This document shows, one piece after another, positions 47,980 through 61,300 of a stretch of DNA of 64,000 nucleotides. Made by a program: the position numbers and the translations under genes. The notes beneath the pieces were generated by a model. That model had not been told where the DNA came from. It worked only from the letters and a program-made list of their open reading frames with translations, and made no database searches. Position 1 is the stretch's first letter. Each line of letters opens with the position of its first letter. This DNA is from Leucoraja ocellata (Eukaryota): NCBI GenBank assembly GCA_036785375.1, contig JAWMAR010000916.1:372001-436000 (forward strand), read 5' to 3'.

Positions 47980-49004
47980 TAGGTATGTTACAAAACTTAC
48001 CTTCAGCGGCGCTGCAGTTCTGCCACTGGCCGTGTGCGCGACTTTGGCGCCTTTGAGGGGGGAGGGCGGGGTTAAAATGCCGTTTTCTCCTGCCTGTCTG
48101 AGATATATTTTCTCGGGCTGCAAGTTAAATCCGACTGCCGTTCTGTGAATTTTTTATATAAACCGCGGGACAATTTCAACGCTGTAGTAAAATAAAAATC
48201 CATTTCTAATGCTGTCAACGCCGACAACGGGACGGATCTCCCATACGGGACAGTTAAAGGAAAGTCGTTTATTTTACATATAAACGTGCTTCTTAGGATG
48301 ACCTTAATCCAAATTTTACGTTGCGAAAAGGTGATTTAGGCCCCATACTAACCGGCAGTGTTTTTCCTGCCGATATGGGGTTTAAATTCACAGCAAACCG
48401 CAACGTTCCAATCAATCGCATTCCACAAAATCCCACTCACAAGATGATTTAAATGGCCATTAATTTACGGGAATTAAACACTAAATTCCTTCCATTTGGC
48501 CTATAAATTCATGACAATGAGATTTAAAAATCATGTTATATTGTGAATTCTTGTGTGAATGTTATTTGGACACAGACTATTTAAAAATGTTAATTTTCTT
48601 CTAAAGAAATGGATAGATGTTGAGATCTAGTAATTGAATTTTGTAATTAGCTACAATTAGGTAACTAACTAATTATATGCTTTAATTTCAGGTCATCCAA
48701 GTAAGATTGTTTCATATTTGTTTCAGAATGCTTCAATCTATAATAACTGAAAATTTCAGTTCTCTTAATTTCTAAGAAAGTTATGGGCTTTTGACTGTCC
48801 TCAATCACAGCTTTTGTGTTAAGTCAATGGAAAAGCAATTAGGAACAAGATGCTAACTTCCGAATATGAAAATGGCCATATCTTTTTTAATACTGAAGAT
48901 ATGAAAGTGAATTAGGTGTCAAATTAAACTTCTTTTTATGCTTTATCTGATGGGATAAATTGCAGACTTGATTTTTAAAATCTCAAAATGTTGTAACATT
49001 GCTA
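47980..49004. mobile_element. Non-autonomous DNA transposon related to 49-911, opposite orientation
   Basis: Termini TAGGTATGTTACAAAA...TTGTAACATTGCTA. Flanks CATTTTA / CATTTGA. Empty sites at ~35178 and ~41571. Confidence 0.8.
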
Positions 49005-49208
49005 CATTTGACAACTTCCACTTGTCACCACCATTGTGTAGGAAGGAACTGTAGATGCTGGTTTACACAGAAGACAGACATAAAATGCTGGAGTAACTCA
49101 GCGGGACAGGCAGCATCTCTGGAGAGAAGGAATGGGTGAGACCCTTCTCCAGACACCACCGCTGTTATTACAAAGAAAAGCTTAACAACAAAGATCATGA
49201 ATCTTTAC

Positions 49209-49553
49209 CTGCTATTTGTAGTGTGACTGTAACTCGTAGAACCACGCTGTTGCCCTCAGTGGGGAGTTTCAACTGAATGAGGCATGTGTACGTGGCTGCG
49301 TCGCTCACTCGGAGGTCGGTGAGAAGAAGGGAGAAGTTGCCGTGTTTGAACTCTGCGGTGAACAGCCTTGCCCTGGTGCCCAGGCCCAATGTGTTGTCCT
49401 CTCTGCCCTTATGGAAGGAATGGATTAACTGAGTGGCCACCTGCCAGTAAACACGAATATCATTGTTGGCTTGTTTCCCCACGTTGGTGTCCAGACAGGG
49501 CAGGAGGGCACTTTCACCCACAATCCCCGTCACTGTGAGGCTAGACGGCGACA
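49209..49553 (-). CDS. B7-family IgV exon, first copy
   Basis: 345 bp, phase 1-1. The exon translation matches the third copy. Confidence 0.9.
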
Positions 49554-50989
49554 CTGGGGATAAAATAAGGACAAAATAAGCCCGGGTCTCGTCCACTCCT
49601 TCTCCCCAGAGAAGCTGCCTGTCCCGCTGAGTTACTCCAGCATTTTGTCTATCTTCGACTTAAACCAGCATCTGCAGTTCCTTCCTACACATTTTGTTTA
49701 GTTTAGAGATACAGCGCGGAAACAGGCCCTTTGGCCCACCGTGTCCACGCCGACCAGCGATCCCCGCACACTAACACTATCCTACATACACTAGGGACAA
49801 TTTACAATTGTTACCGAAGCCAATTAACCTACTAACATGTATGTCTTTGGAGTGTGGGAGGAAACCGGAGCACCCGGAGAAAAGCCACACGGGTCATGAG
49901 GAGAAGATACAAACTCCGTACACACAGCACCCATAGTCAGGATTGAACACGGGTCTCTGGCGCTGCGAGGCAGTAACTCTACCGTGGCTCCACCCTCTTT
50001 TTTTGAAGAAAAAGTATAACATACAATATTTCTAAGGAACGCAACTATTGTGTTATGGCAGCACTGCAGCTCAAAGTCCCCCTCTTCATCTCCCAGGGTT
50101 ATTGCGGGTCCGTCTGTCCTAGAGTCACGGCTGCCACTAAGTCTGGGCACTCGCAGTCGAGAACCTTCTGGCCACTGGCAATCCCTGTGGACTGGGATCT
50201 GAAACTATAACTTTGTCACTCACATGGAGGAAGGCTGAAATGACTGAGGCTTGGATTGAGTCCTCTCCGGGCGTGCTTCCCACAGGCTGGGGTTGCCCCA
50301 CCACTGGTGTACGTGTGGGACAGGCTGTCGACAGACAGATGAAGCATAACTGCCTTTTCTCAGACACAACAGAGGTGATCCGTGCATCTTTTTAGAGTTA
50401 CAGAGGGTGGTGCAGCGGTAGAGTTGCTGACTTACAGCGCCAGAGACCCAGGTCTGGTCCTGACTATGGGTGCTGCCTGTACGGAGTTTGCACGTTCTCC
50501 CCGTGACCACGTGGATTTTCTCCGGGTGCTCCGGTTTCCTCCCACACTCCAAAGATTCAGGTTTGTAGGTTAATTGGCATCTATAAAGTGTAAATTGTCC
50601 CTAGTATGTAGGTTGGTGCTAGTATGCGGGGTGATCGATGGTCTGTGTGGACTCGGTGGGCCAAAACATACACTGTATCTCTAAACTAAACATGAAATCA
50701 AACCCCTTGGTCCACCGAGCCCACACCGACCATCGATCACCCATTCACACTAGTTCCATGTTATCCCACTTTCCCATCCACTCCGTACACATTAGGGGTA
50801 ATTTTACAGAGGGCCAATTAACCTACAAACCCGCACGTCTTTGGGATGTGGGAGGAAACCGGAGCACCCGGAGAAAACCCACATGGTCACAGGGAGAACG
50901 TGCAAACTCCACACAGGCAACACCCAAGGTCAGGGTCGAACCCGGGTCTCTGGCGCTGTGAGGCAGTGGCTTTAGTTCATGAAACTAAA

Positions 50990-51511
50990 GTGGAGTTAGT
51001 GTTTAATTGCTGTAAATTAAAGTCAATTTAAATCGGCTTTCTAGTGGGTTCATGTGGAACGCGCTGGTTTAGAACGTTCACATTGCGCTAGATTTATGCC
51101 CTCAAATGCCCAGAAAAATACTGCGGGATATAAAGAGCCCAAAATGAACTACTCGCTATAGAAAACTTTAATTATAGCGTTATATACATGCCCCATTTAA
51201 TGTAAAAATAAGGTACATACCTTTAATTGTTTGCTTTATAAAACCCTGGGGCTGCGAGAGATTGCGGAGTGAGATAGTGGTTTTTAAATTACTCTAACTA
51301 TTTTACAAGGCCATAAAAACTAATAATACCTTTTGCGACGGGGTCTTTCAGTGATTTTCCGTTAATGATTTACTAGGCTGAACATTTTCGATTGCAACAG
51401 CCTAGTAAAAATCGCGTTTTAAACCCGCCCCCTCTAAACAGCGCCAAAATCACACACAAGGGGTGGGGCAGATGCTCAGCCACGATTCAGGTAGGTTTTG
51501 TAACATACCTA
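50990..51511. mobile_element. Partial copy of the 49-911 transposon family (right half)
   Basis: Colinear with ~390-911 and ends GTTTTGTAACATACCTA. Confidence 0.8.
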
Positions 51512-51529
51512 TATTTTATGAGAGAATAC

Positions 51530-53240
51530 TTGTAATTGTAATTGTAATTGTAAATCTTTATTGTCATTTCCTGAGTATTCGCATACTCAGAGGAAACAAA
51601 AAAACGTTTCTCAACCAGTGTCCGTTCAGTTTTCGTTACAAAATAAATAGCAATTAAAATTAAAATACAGTCATGAACAATTTAACCCTCTAATCACATT
51701 CAATAACATTCAACAACCGTTCCGACCGGCAGCGGCACAACAGTGGCTCTGCTGCAGTGTGGGGGGTTTGTGCGCGATACTTGGCAGGGGGGAAAGTTCA
51801 TTTAACAGTCTTATAGCCTGTGGGAAGAAGCTGAGGAGCATCCTGCTGGTTTTGCAGCTGATGCTCCTGTACCTCTTCCCAGATGGGAGGATGGTGAAAA
51901 AGTCATGTGATGGGTGGTAAGGGTCTTTGATGATGGAGATGGCTCTGTTGATGCATCTCTTCTTGTATATGTCCAGCAGGAAGGGTAGTGGAGCACCAAT
52001 AATCCTGCTTGCGGTCCTCACTATCCTGTCCAGTTGGTGCCGTTCGTACGCCTTGCAGCTCCCGAACCAGGAAGTGATGCCGTATGTCAGTGCGCTCTCG
52101 ACAGTCCCCCTATAAAAAGTCCGTAGATGTGTGGTGGGGAGGCCTGCTTTCCGTAGTCTTCGGAGGGGGTGAAGTCGCTGCTGGGCTCTCTTGACCAGAG
52201 CTGTGGTGTTGGCCGTGGACGTCAGGTCATCAGACAGGTGTAGTCCCAAGAACTTCATGCTGCTGACCCTTTCCACATCAGCTCCGTCGATGTGCAGAGA
52301 TGCATGGTGATGTTTCCCCGCCCTCCTGAAGTCAACCACCATCTCCTTAGTTTTTCCCACGTTAAGAATGAGGTTGTGGGATTTGCACCAACCTGTGAGC
52401 AGCTCCACCTCCATCCTGTACGCCGATTCATCGTTGTCACTGATGAGACCCACTACTGTTGTGTCATCAGCGAACTTGCTGATGAAGTTGTTATTGAGTC
52501 TAGCAGTACAGTCGTGTGTCAGCAGACTAAACAGAAGGGGGCTTAGGACACAGCCTTGTGGTGAGCCAGTGCTCACGGCTATGGTTTTTGATGTCCTACT
52601 GCCCACCCTGACTGTCTGCTGCCGCTGCGACAGGAAGTTCAGGACCCAGCTACATGTGCCAGCATCAACCCCCAACAGCTCCAACTTCTCCACCAGCTGC
52701 TGCGGGATGATTGTGTTGAAAGCGGAGCTGAAGTCTATGAAGAGGATCCTGGCATAGGTGTTTTTCCGATCGAGATGTGACAACACGAGGTTCAGTGTTG
52801 TTGAGACTGCGTCCTCTGTGGATCGGTTGGCTCTGTAGGCGAACTGCAGTGGGTCTAGGTCGGCAGGTAGACTGTTTTTGATGTGCTGCATAACTAGTCG
52901 CTCAAAGCACTTCATTACAATGGGTGTAAGGGCCACTGGTCGAAAGTCGTTATGGCAGGCTGGGTTAGGTTTCTTCGGTACAGGGACGATGATGGCACTC
53001 TTAAGACAATTCGGCACTACTGCCTGGCTGAGTGAGATGTTAAAAATGTCTGTGAAGACATCCTTCAGTTGCTCGGCACAGTCTCTTAGAACGCATCCAG
53101 GAATGTTGTCCGGCCCTGCAGCTTTGCGTGGATTGACGCTGGTGAAGGCCTTTTTAACTCTGGCTGCGGACAGCCTGAGCGACTGGTCACTGGGAGATGG
53201 CAGTGGTGCACGTGTCTGGGTGCTGTTTTTAACCTCAAAT
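51530..53240 (-). mobile_element. Rex1/Babar-type LINE, 5'-truncated, with open RT ORF 51710..53272
   Basis: [40 protein letters not shown]. (TTACAA)n-type 3' tail at about 51530-51555. Confidence 0.9.
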
Positions 53241-53299
53241 ACTCTGTCTCGAACTACTCCAGGGCATATCAAAGCGAGGGTTACTCCTGGTACTCACTT

Positions 53300-53880
53300 C
53301 CCACTCCACCAGGATAATGCAACAGATTAACCTTTGAATTTCAGCTGGCTCCAACATGACTCAAAGGTCACATCTACCCCATATCTTCAATCCCACCACC
53401 AGGCATATCTTCTCATCTTCCCTTTCTGTTTTCCACTAGGATCACGTCTTCCACGACTCTGCTCCACTCTTCTGTCCCCAACCACCACTGCCCATCCCAA
53501 AGCACGTTACCATGCAATCTTAAGAGATGGAATACCTGCCCATTCACCTCTTCCTTTCCCACCTTTCAGGTGAAGCAGCAACTCACTTTCGCTTCATCCA
53601 TTCTGATGGACTGCATTCATAATGTGTTCATAATGTGGGCTCCTCTATATTGGATAAACCAACGCAGATTTGGTCGACCCTTAGTGGAGCACCCCCCTCA
53701 GTCCACGGCTTCCAGTTGTTTGCCAGTTTAATTGCCAATCCCACTCCTACGTCAACATGCGTGTCTGCAGCTTCCACCACTTCCAAAGTCAGATCCAAAG
53801 TAAACTAGAAGAACAAAGTCTTATTTGTTTCGGCACTTTTCAGCTCTTTGGAATGACCATTGTATTTTCCAATTTCAGGG
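53300..53880 (+). mobile_element. Penelope-like element remnant (GIY-YIG region)
   Basis: Degraded CGLLYIG*T..R...EH motif around 53635-53695. Confidence 0.55.
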
Positions 53881-54289
53881 AAACTGCTCTCTTATCCCAT
53901 TTTTATGCTTGTCCCTTTCTCCACCGTTTTCATTCAAATGCCTGAAATCAGTCTTCCTGCTCCTTATTTGTGGTTTACAATTTCCATGTGGTCTTTTGTT
54001 ATAGAATCATACAGCACAGAAACACATTTTCCCACCACACCCATGCTGACATTTTTGCTCTTCTTCCCAAATCCCATTTGTCCGCAGTAGGAATGTACCT
54101 TGCACCTCACTCCTCTCCCCAGCTCTGCTTTGGAACTCACTCCCCTCATTCTTCCCCCAGTTTTGATGAAGGGCCCTTGACCCAAAGCATTGACTGGTTT
54201 CTCTTTTCAGAGATGCTGTTCGACTGGCTGAGTTCTTCTCTCATTTCTATTTTTCTTTCGAGGTTTACCATCTTCAACGCTCCTTCAAA

Positions 54290-54950
54290 ATAACAGTTGG
54301 TCAAAGGTGGACGATCGATAAGGGAATTCTGGAGGTTGTACAACATCAGGAAAGCTATTGACGACATCAGTACATCGAGGGTGAGCCTCAGCTGCAGATG
54401 TTATTGGTGGAGGTTCTGGCTGTAGATACGTGGCAATGTGGGCTTTGAAGCGGGGGAGCAGGTGGCTACCAGTAACATTGTCCAGTTTGCCACCTAAGCA
54501 GGAGTGGGTGAAGGTGGCGCTGGCAATGTGGCAGAGATACATCAGTCCCAGAGGGGCCGCCCACTGAATGGGGAACTGCAAGGGATGGAGTTACACCATG
54601 TCTACACAGAGGCCGACGACAATCTGAAACTGAAGAGCAAACCTTATTGCAGCGGTTTTGATGGACGGCAACACAGAGGTCGAGGAGGGAATGGAGAGAT
54701 TTTTCTGAGTGCAGCACCTCGGTGAAGTGAGTTGTGCTCGACTGCAGACAAAATGCTCTGTGTGCAGAAGAGGTGGGCAGGACATTATCCCTCAAAGGGT
54801 CACAGCCTGACCCTACCCCTCAGGTGCAGCCTCTTCCAGTGAGTTCCTTTATACCATTTTATATTGCATTATATTGCAATATTCATTGTATGTTTATTGT
54901 TTAATGCATAATATATTTAATCTCAATGAAGCCCTCATGGGGAGATAACA
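54290..54950 (+). mobile_element. Tigger/pogo transposase remnant
   Basis: IREFWRLYNIRKAIDDI resembles the pogo/Tigger post-DDE segment. Heavily degraded. Confidence 0.5.
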
Positions 54951-55189
54951 TTGCATTACAACATCGCTACTGAAATAAAGGTGTACAGGTCCCTTCTAGA
55001 ACTGATCTCTTGGCACCCTCATTCCCAGGAACACAGCCTGAATGCTAATTATATTATTCTGTTAATTGAAGCTCAATTAGACCAGACAAATGAATGTCAT
55101 TTTATTGTAGACCAGCATCTGCAGTTCCTTGTGTCTCCATATCAACGTCCACCAGAGCTGGATTGGCTGCACACACTGGTCACTTTCCG

Positions 55190-57391
55190 ATCCACCTACA
55201 TACTGCACATGTGATTCCGTAATCTAAAATCCATTGATCCCCACCATCTCTCTGACCTGCTCTCAACCACTCTCCCCCTGGACTCAACCCATATCTCACC
55301 TGATGATCTCACAAACCATCTCAACTCCACCTTGTCTACCTCCCTTAACATTCTGGCACCCCTCAAAACAAGAACCGTAACTTCTAACACATCTTCACCC
55401 TGGTACACACCTGCACTTCGTAAACTGAAACAGACTGGTTGCCGACTTGAACGACTCACAAAGAAATCATCTCTCACAGTCCACCATGAAGCTTACAAAC
55501 TCCATCTTATTGCCTACAAAGATAACCTATCCTCATTGCTGCAAAATCTGCCTACCTCTCCTCCATATTCACCGACCCCTGCCTAAACCACACAACCCTC
55601 TTCTCCACAGTGGGCAACCTCCTCAAGCCTCGAGCCAACACTCTCCCTACCTCTACTCCGGATCTCTGCAACTCATTCCTCCACTTTTTCGCTGATAAAA
55701 TCAGCACCATCTATCAATCTTTATTCCCTGTATACGACTCCCCAGAATCTACTCCACCACCTACCAAGGCCCCTCCTTTCAACATCTCCACTGACCTCCT
55801 TACCCCTCCTCCACACTGCTTCCTCTCCCAGTTTGACCTGGTCACCCCTACTGAAATCTCCCAACTCATCAGCTCTTCCAAACCCACTACCTGCTCCCTC
55901 GACCCTCTCCCCACTCCCCTGCTGAAGTCCTGCCTCCCCGTTCTCTGCCCCTACCTCACTAATCTCTTCAACTCCTCATTGTCCCAAGGAATTGTCCCCT
56001 CCGCTTTCAAAACTGCTGCTGTCACACCAATCTTAAAGAAACCTGGTCTTGATCCCTCCTCTCTCATTAACTACCGCCCAATCTCAAACCTCCCCTTTCT
56101 TTCAAAAACCCTGGAGAGTATCGTTGTGGCACAACTTCATTCCCACCTCCTTGCGTATAACCTACTTGAACCCCTCCAATCTGGCTTTCGCCCCCTCCAT
56201 AGCACAGAAACTGCTCTCCTCAAAGTCCTCAACGACCTCCTCACCTCTGCTGACACTGGTTCCCTCAACATCCTCATCCTCCTCGACCTGAGTGCAGCCT
56301 TCGATACAGTGAACCATAACATCCTGCTTCCCAGACTTGGGGACCTCGGCATTGAAGGTTCTGCACTCAGCTGGCTCCGTTCCTACCTTTCCAACAGATC
56401 CCACTTCATCTCTCTCCATAACCGCACCTCTGCAACAGCCACAGTCACTCAAGGCGTTCCCCAAGGCTCCGTACTCGGCCCCCTCCTCTTCATCATCTAC
56501 ATCCTCTCCCTTGGTCAGATACTCCGCCACTTCAACCTGGACTTCCACTGTTACGCTGATGACACCCAGATCTACCTCGGCACCAAATCCCCCCACAACC
56601 CCCTCCTCTCCCCTATCAACTCCTGTTTGTCAGCTATAAAAACCTGGATGCAACATAACTTCCTCAAAGTCAACAGCGATAAGACAGAATTCCTCCTCAT
56701 ACGCTCCAAATCCACACTCAGCAAAATCAATAACCCCACTCTCACCATCGACGGCACCACTGTCTCCCCATCTCCCCAGGCCCGCAACCTTGGCGTGAAA
56801 TTTGATTCCACCCTCTCCCTTGAGCCTCACATCTGCCATGTCATTAAAACCTCCTTTCACCTCCGCAACAGCGCCAAAATCAGACCTTCTCTCACACCTC
56901 CCGCTGCTGAATAACTCATCCATGCCTTCATCTCCTCCCGACTGGACTATTGCAACTCACTTCTCCTTGGCATCAGCTCCACCTACATCAACCGACTCCA
57001 ACTGGTCCAGAACGCAGCCGCCCGACTCATCACCCCCACCAAATCCTGCCATCACATCACTCCAGTCCTCAAACAACTTCACTGGCTTCCAATCTCCCAC
57101 CGGATCACCTACAAAATCCTGGTCCTCACCTACAAAGCCCTCCACCATCTGGCCCCCCCATATCTCACTGACCTCCTCTCCCCCTACCAACCCTCACGGT
57201 CCCTCAGATCCACATCAGCCGGTCTCCTCTCCATCCACAAATCCAACCTCCACAATTTTGGGGACAGAGCCTTCTCCAGGGCAGCTCTCAGGCTCTGGAA
57301 CTCCCTCCCCCAACTGATCCGCAATTCCGTGTCCCTCACCATCTTCCAGTCCCGCCTCAAGACCCATATCTTCACCTCTGCCTATCCTTAG
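55190..57391 (+). mobile_element. L2-type LINE, 5'-truncated (RT ORF 55610..56914)
   Basis: NYRPISNLPFLSK, QSGFR..HSTETAL, LDLSAAFDT, GVPQGSVLGP, YADD. Confidence 0.92.
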
Positions 57392-58388
57392 CCTTACAAC
57401 CTTGCATTAGTTTCCTTGCCACTGGCTGCTCACTCTGGCTGCTGTGCACATCACCCATGATGAACTTCACCAGAACTGTGCCGTGCAAGGTCCTGGCCAC
57501 AGACGTAACATGTGCAGGAAAGAACTACAGATGATGGTTTAAATCGAAGATGGACACGAAATGCTGGAGTAACTCTGCGGGACAGGCATGTCCGTGCCAC
57601 CCCGTACACTATCAAACACACGAGGGACAATTTACAATATTTACCAAAGACAATTAATTTACAAACATTCACGTCTTTGGAGTGTGGGAGGAAACTGGAG
57701 CACCCGGAGAAAACCCACGCGGTCCATGGGGAGAAAGTACAAACTCCACACAGACAGCACCCGTAGTCAGGATCGAACCCGGGTCTCTGGCGCTGGAAGG
57801 CAGCAACTCTACCGCTGCACCACCGAGTTTTACTGAGATTCACCATGGATTCTATTAACTGCGGTTGCGAGCTAAAACCACTAGAGGGGGTATGTTACCC
57901 AGCCCTCAATATCTCCAATCATTGTTTCCATTTTACTCTCAAACTTGCCTGAATAAAATCAGTAATCCCTATTGTATGTTGGCAATCATTATTTGAATCA
58001 TGCTACATCAATAATGTTCATGGATTCAATGATTGCATTTCAATGATATCAATGATATGGATGAGAACATACAGGGCAAGATTCGCAAGTTTGCAGATGA
58101 TACAAAAGAGGGTGGTTTTACAGTGAAGATGGGTGTGAAAAATTGCAGCAGGAACTTGATCGATTGGCCAGGTGCGCGGAGGAATGGTTGATGCAATTTA
58201 AAACAGAGAAGTGTGAGGTGTTGCATTTTGGGAAGTTTAACATGGGCAGGACCTACACAGTGAATTGTCGGGCTGTGGCTAGTGTTGTAGAGCAGAGGGG
58301 TCTAGGAGTACAGGTGCATGGTTCCTTGAAGGAGGAGCCGCAGGTAGATAGGGAGGTCAAAAAGGCTTTTGGCACATTGGCCTTCATC

Positions 58389-61300
58389 ATAGAAACATAG
58401 AAAATAGGAGGTCATTCGGCACTTCGAGCCAGCACTGCCATTCATTGTGATCATGGCTGATCGTCCCTGATCAATAACCCGTGCCTGCCTTCTCCCCATA
58501 TCCCTTGACTCCACTAGTCCCTAGAGCTCTATCTAACTCTCTTAAATCCATCCAGTGACTTGTCCTCCACTGCCCTCTGTGGCAGGGAATCCCATAAATT
58601 CACAACTCCCTGGGTGAAAAAGTTTTTTCTCACCTCGGCCTTAAATGACCTCCCCTTTATTCTAAGACTGTGGCCCCTGGTTCTGGACTCGCCAAACATT
58701 GGGAACATTTTTCCCGCATCTAGCTTGTCCAGTTCTTTTATAATTTTACTTCGGAGTCACGTGAGTGACTATGTGAAGAACCCCGCCAGGACGCATGCGT
58801 GTCATATCGCTACACGCATTGCAACGAGTCACAGCAGGGGGAATGACGTTCCCTTAGTGGCAAAATTTGAAAGCCGGAAACAGCAGGTAAGAAGACACTG
58901 CGTTCCTTGCACTTACCTTTCAGGTGGAGACATGGACCAGATCCACGAAGGCTGCGGAAAAGCTGGCGGGGGAGAACCGCGGAGTTGCGGGCAGCCAGCG
59001 GCAACAGCCAAAGGCACGCCAATCTCCCGTAATGGGAACAGCTGTGCCCGACTTCGCTCCCGACTTCGCTCCCGCACCGGCTAAGCCGGGCGGGAGAGCA
59101 AAGCAAAAACTACCAGGATCGTTGACTCCTAGGAGTCCGACTCTGAATAGCCGCGAGTGGCCAGTGCCCGAGCGCATTGGAGCCGGTTGGAGCGGCTGCT
59201 GGAGGAAATACCCCAAAGTGGCAGGCTCCGGGAGATGGAGGCTAGCTACAGTGGGCAGTTAGTAAGCCCCACAGCAGTACCTCTTGTAGGGCTGCACAGT
59301 GTTTCTGCCTCATCAGAGGGGAACACCGGGGGTCAATCCTGGGCTGACTGCAGGAGCTGGAGCAGGAGAGGCTTCAGGAGCAGCCGAGATGGCCAGTGCC
59401 CGTGAGCATTGGAGCCGGGTGGAGCGGCTGCAGGAACTGGAGGAGGAGCGGCCTCAGGAGTAGCGGCTTCAGGAGCAGCCGCGACGGCCAGTGACCATGT
59501 GCATTGGAGCCGGTTGGGTGCCCGAGAGCATCGGAGCCAGCTGGAGCGGCTGTTGGAGCAGGTAAGTGGCAGGCTCCGGGAGATGGAGACTAGTCACAGG
59601 GGGCAGCTAGTAAGTCCTACAGCAGTACCTCTTGGGCTGCACAGAGTTCTCCCTCATCAGAGGGGAGTATAGGGGGTCCATTCTGGGCTGAACCTGAACA
59701 GGGGTGCAGGACATACCCCTAGTGCACATGGGGTGCAGAAAACCTATTGGAAGACACTTACCATCAGGGAACTGCAATACACTGAATGTTCCCAGTATCA
59801 ACCAGTGTATTTGAAACATGGCAGGGCAGGGACTTGAAACAAAAGAAAGTTCCAAAAGTCCTAACAGCGGGTATTATGGGTTTCGCCCGCACAATAAACA
59901 AAAAAGACATGACACTAGATCACCAGGATGCACTGGCCTTATTTTGCAAACTACCAATACGAGTAAACAGCATTAGGAAGAAGTACCATCCAACCGGCTA
60001 TAGACCCTAATTTGCAGGCCTATGCAAACCTGGAACCTCCATACCACCAATATTAAAATTTGGAGGCAACTTATCTAAACAGGTAAAGAACTTGACATAA
60101 AGGGAAACCCTGGGGCTCATTAAGCGAAGTCTAAAATCTACTTCCTGCGGAATGCGCTAACCCTCAACACACACCCAACTACAGGTCCAGACACCGGCAC
60201 CTCAACGTCCATGGAGGATGCCGAAAAAGTAACAAATCTACTTATAGTAACCATGGAGGAAGAAGTATAGGGTTATACCATAGAATTATTCAAAACATAA
60301 TCCTCCAGTTCAGCATGTACCGAACTGAATGTTCATGCTTACAGGCAAAGAAATAATCAAAAGAGCATACTGAACTACAGTGCCCAAATAAAAGGACTAA
60401 TGCAGGACATTCAACACGAATCACAGGAATTCGTGTGCAAAAATCTTGATCATAAAATAGATGGTGGTTGCCACATCATCATAGATTTGACTAATTTGAA
60501 TACTTTCGTACTTTATATTCATTACTAGATGGGAACCTTTGTTTCTACAAAGGGATTGATCCTAGGTTACTACATGGCAAGCATCGTATTAAAAAATGCT
60601 TACTATACAGTACCCATTAGAGGTGACCACAGATGTATTTAACACAATGGATCATCTGCGGTTTCACCCTTAACTTAGCTCACATGTCAGTGACTTTGCC
60701 GTAAGAAAAGTTTACAGCCTTAATGGAGGCTTGCAGTAAACTAAACCATCCATCAGACTGGTAGTAGAATGATTGGCATTATAGTGGCTGTGTTCCAGCC
60801 ACATAAATCGGACCTTTACATTATCAAATTACTGAGCGCAAACATGCGTGCACTCATAAATTATGAGGGTCATTCTGACAGACCAAAGAAGCTACCAACA
60901 GAGGCCACCATGGTACTAAAAATGGTGGAAACATAACATTAGGCATTGTTCCAATCCAAACATTAACAGCTACCGGTCTATGGAACTACATACTGATGGG
61001 CACTTGGATGGGATGCTACCAATTCCATCTCCAGATGTGGGGGAGATGGAATGCACAGGAGGCATCATTACATACGCTGGGCATAAATACCTTGGAAGTT
61101 GAGTGCATTCCATGGCTTTAAGTCATATTGTTCTGGGTTATATCACCAGTATGTTAGACTACTAATTGACTACACCACCGTGGTAGCATATGTCAACCAT
61201 ATGGGTGGAAACATATCGACATCATGTGACTATCTGGCCAACACAATTTGGCAATAGTGTATCCAGAAAGATATTAGATATCAGCTACCAAATTACTAGG

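Noticed and set aside
50224-50324. Possible upstream B7 exon (acceptor gtcgacAG, donor GTGAGT)
   Set aside because: The phase-compatible frame is not signal-peptide-like, so it cannot be supported without transcripts.
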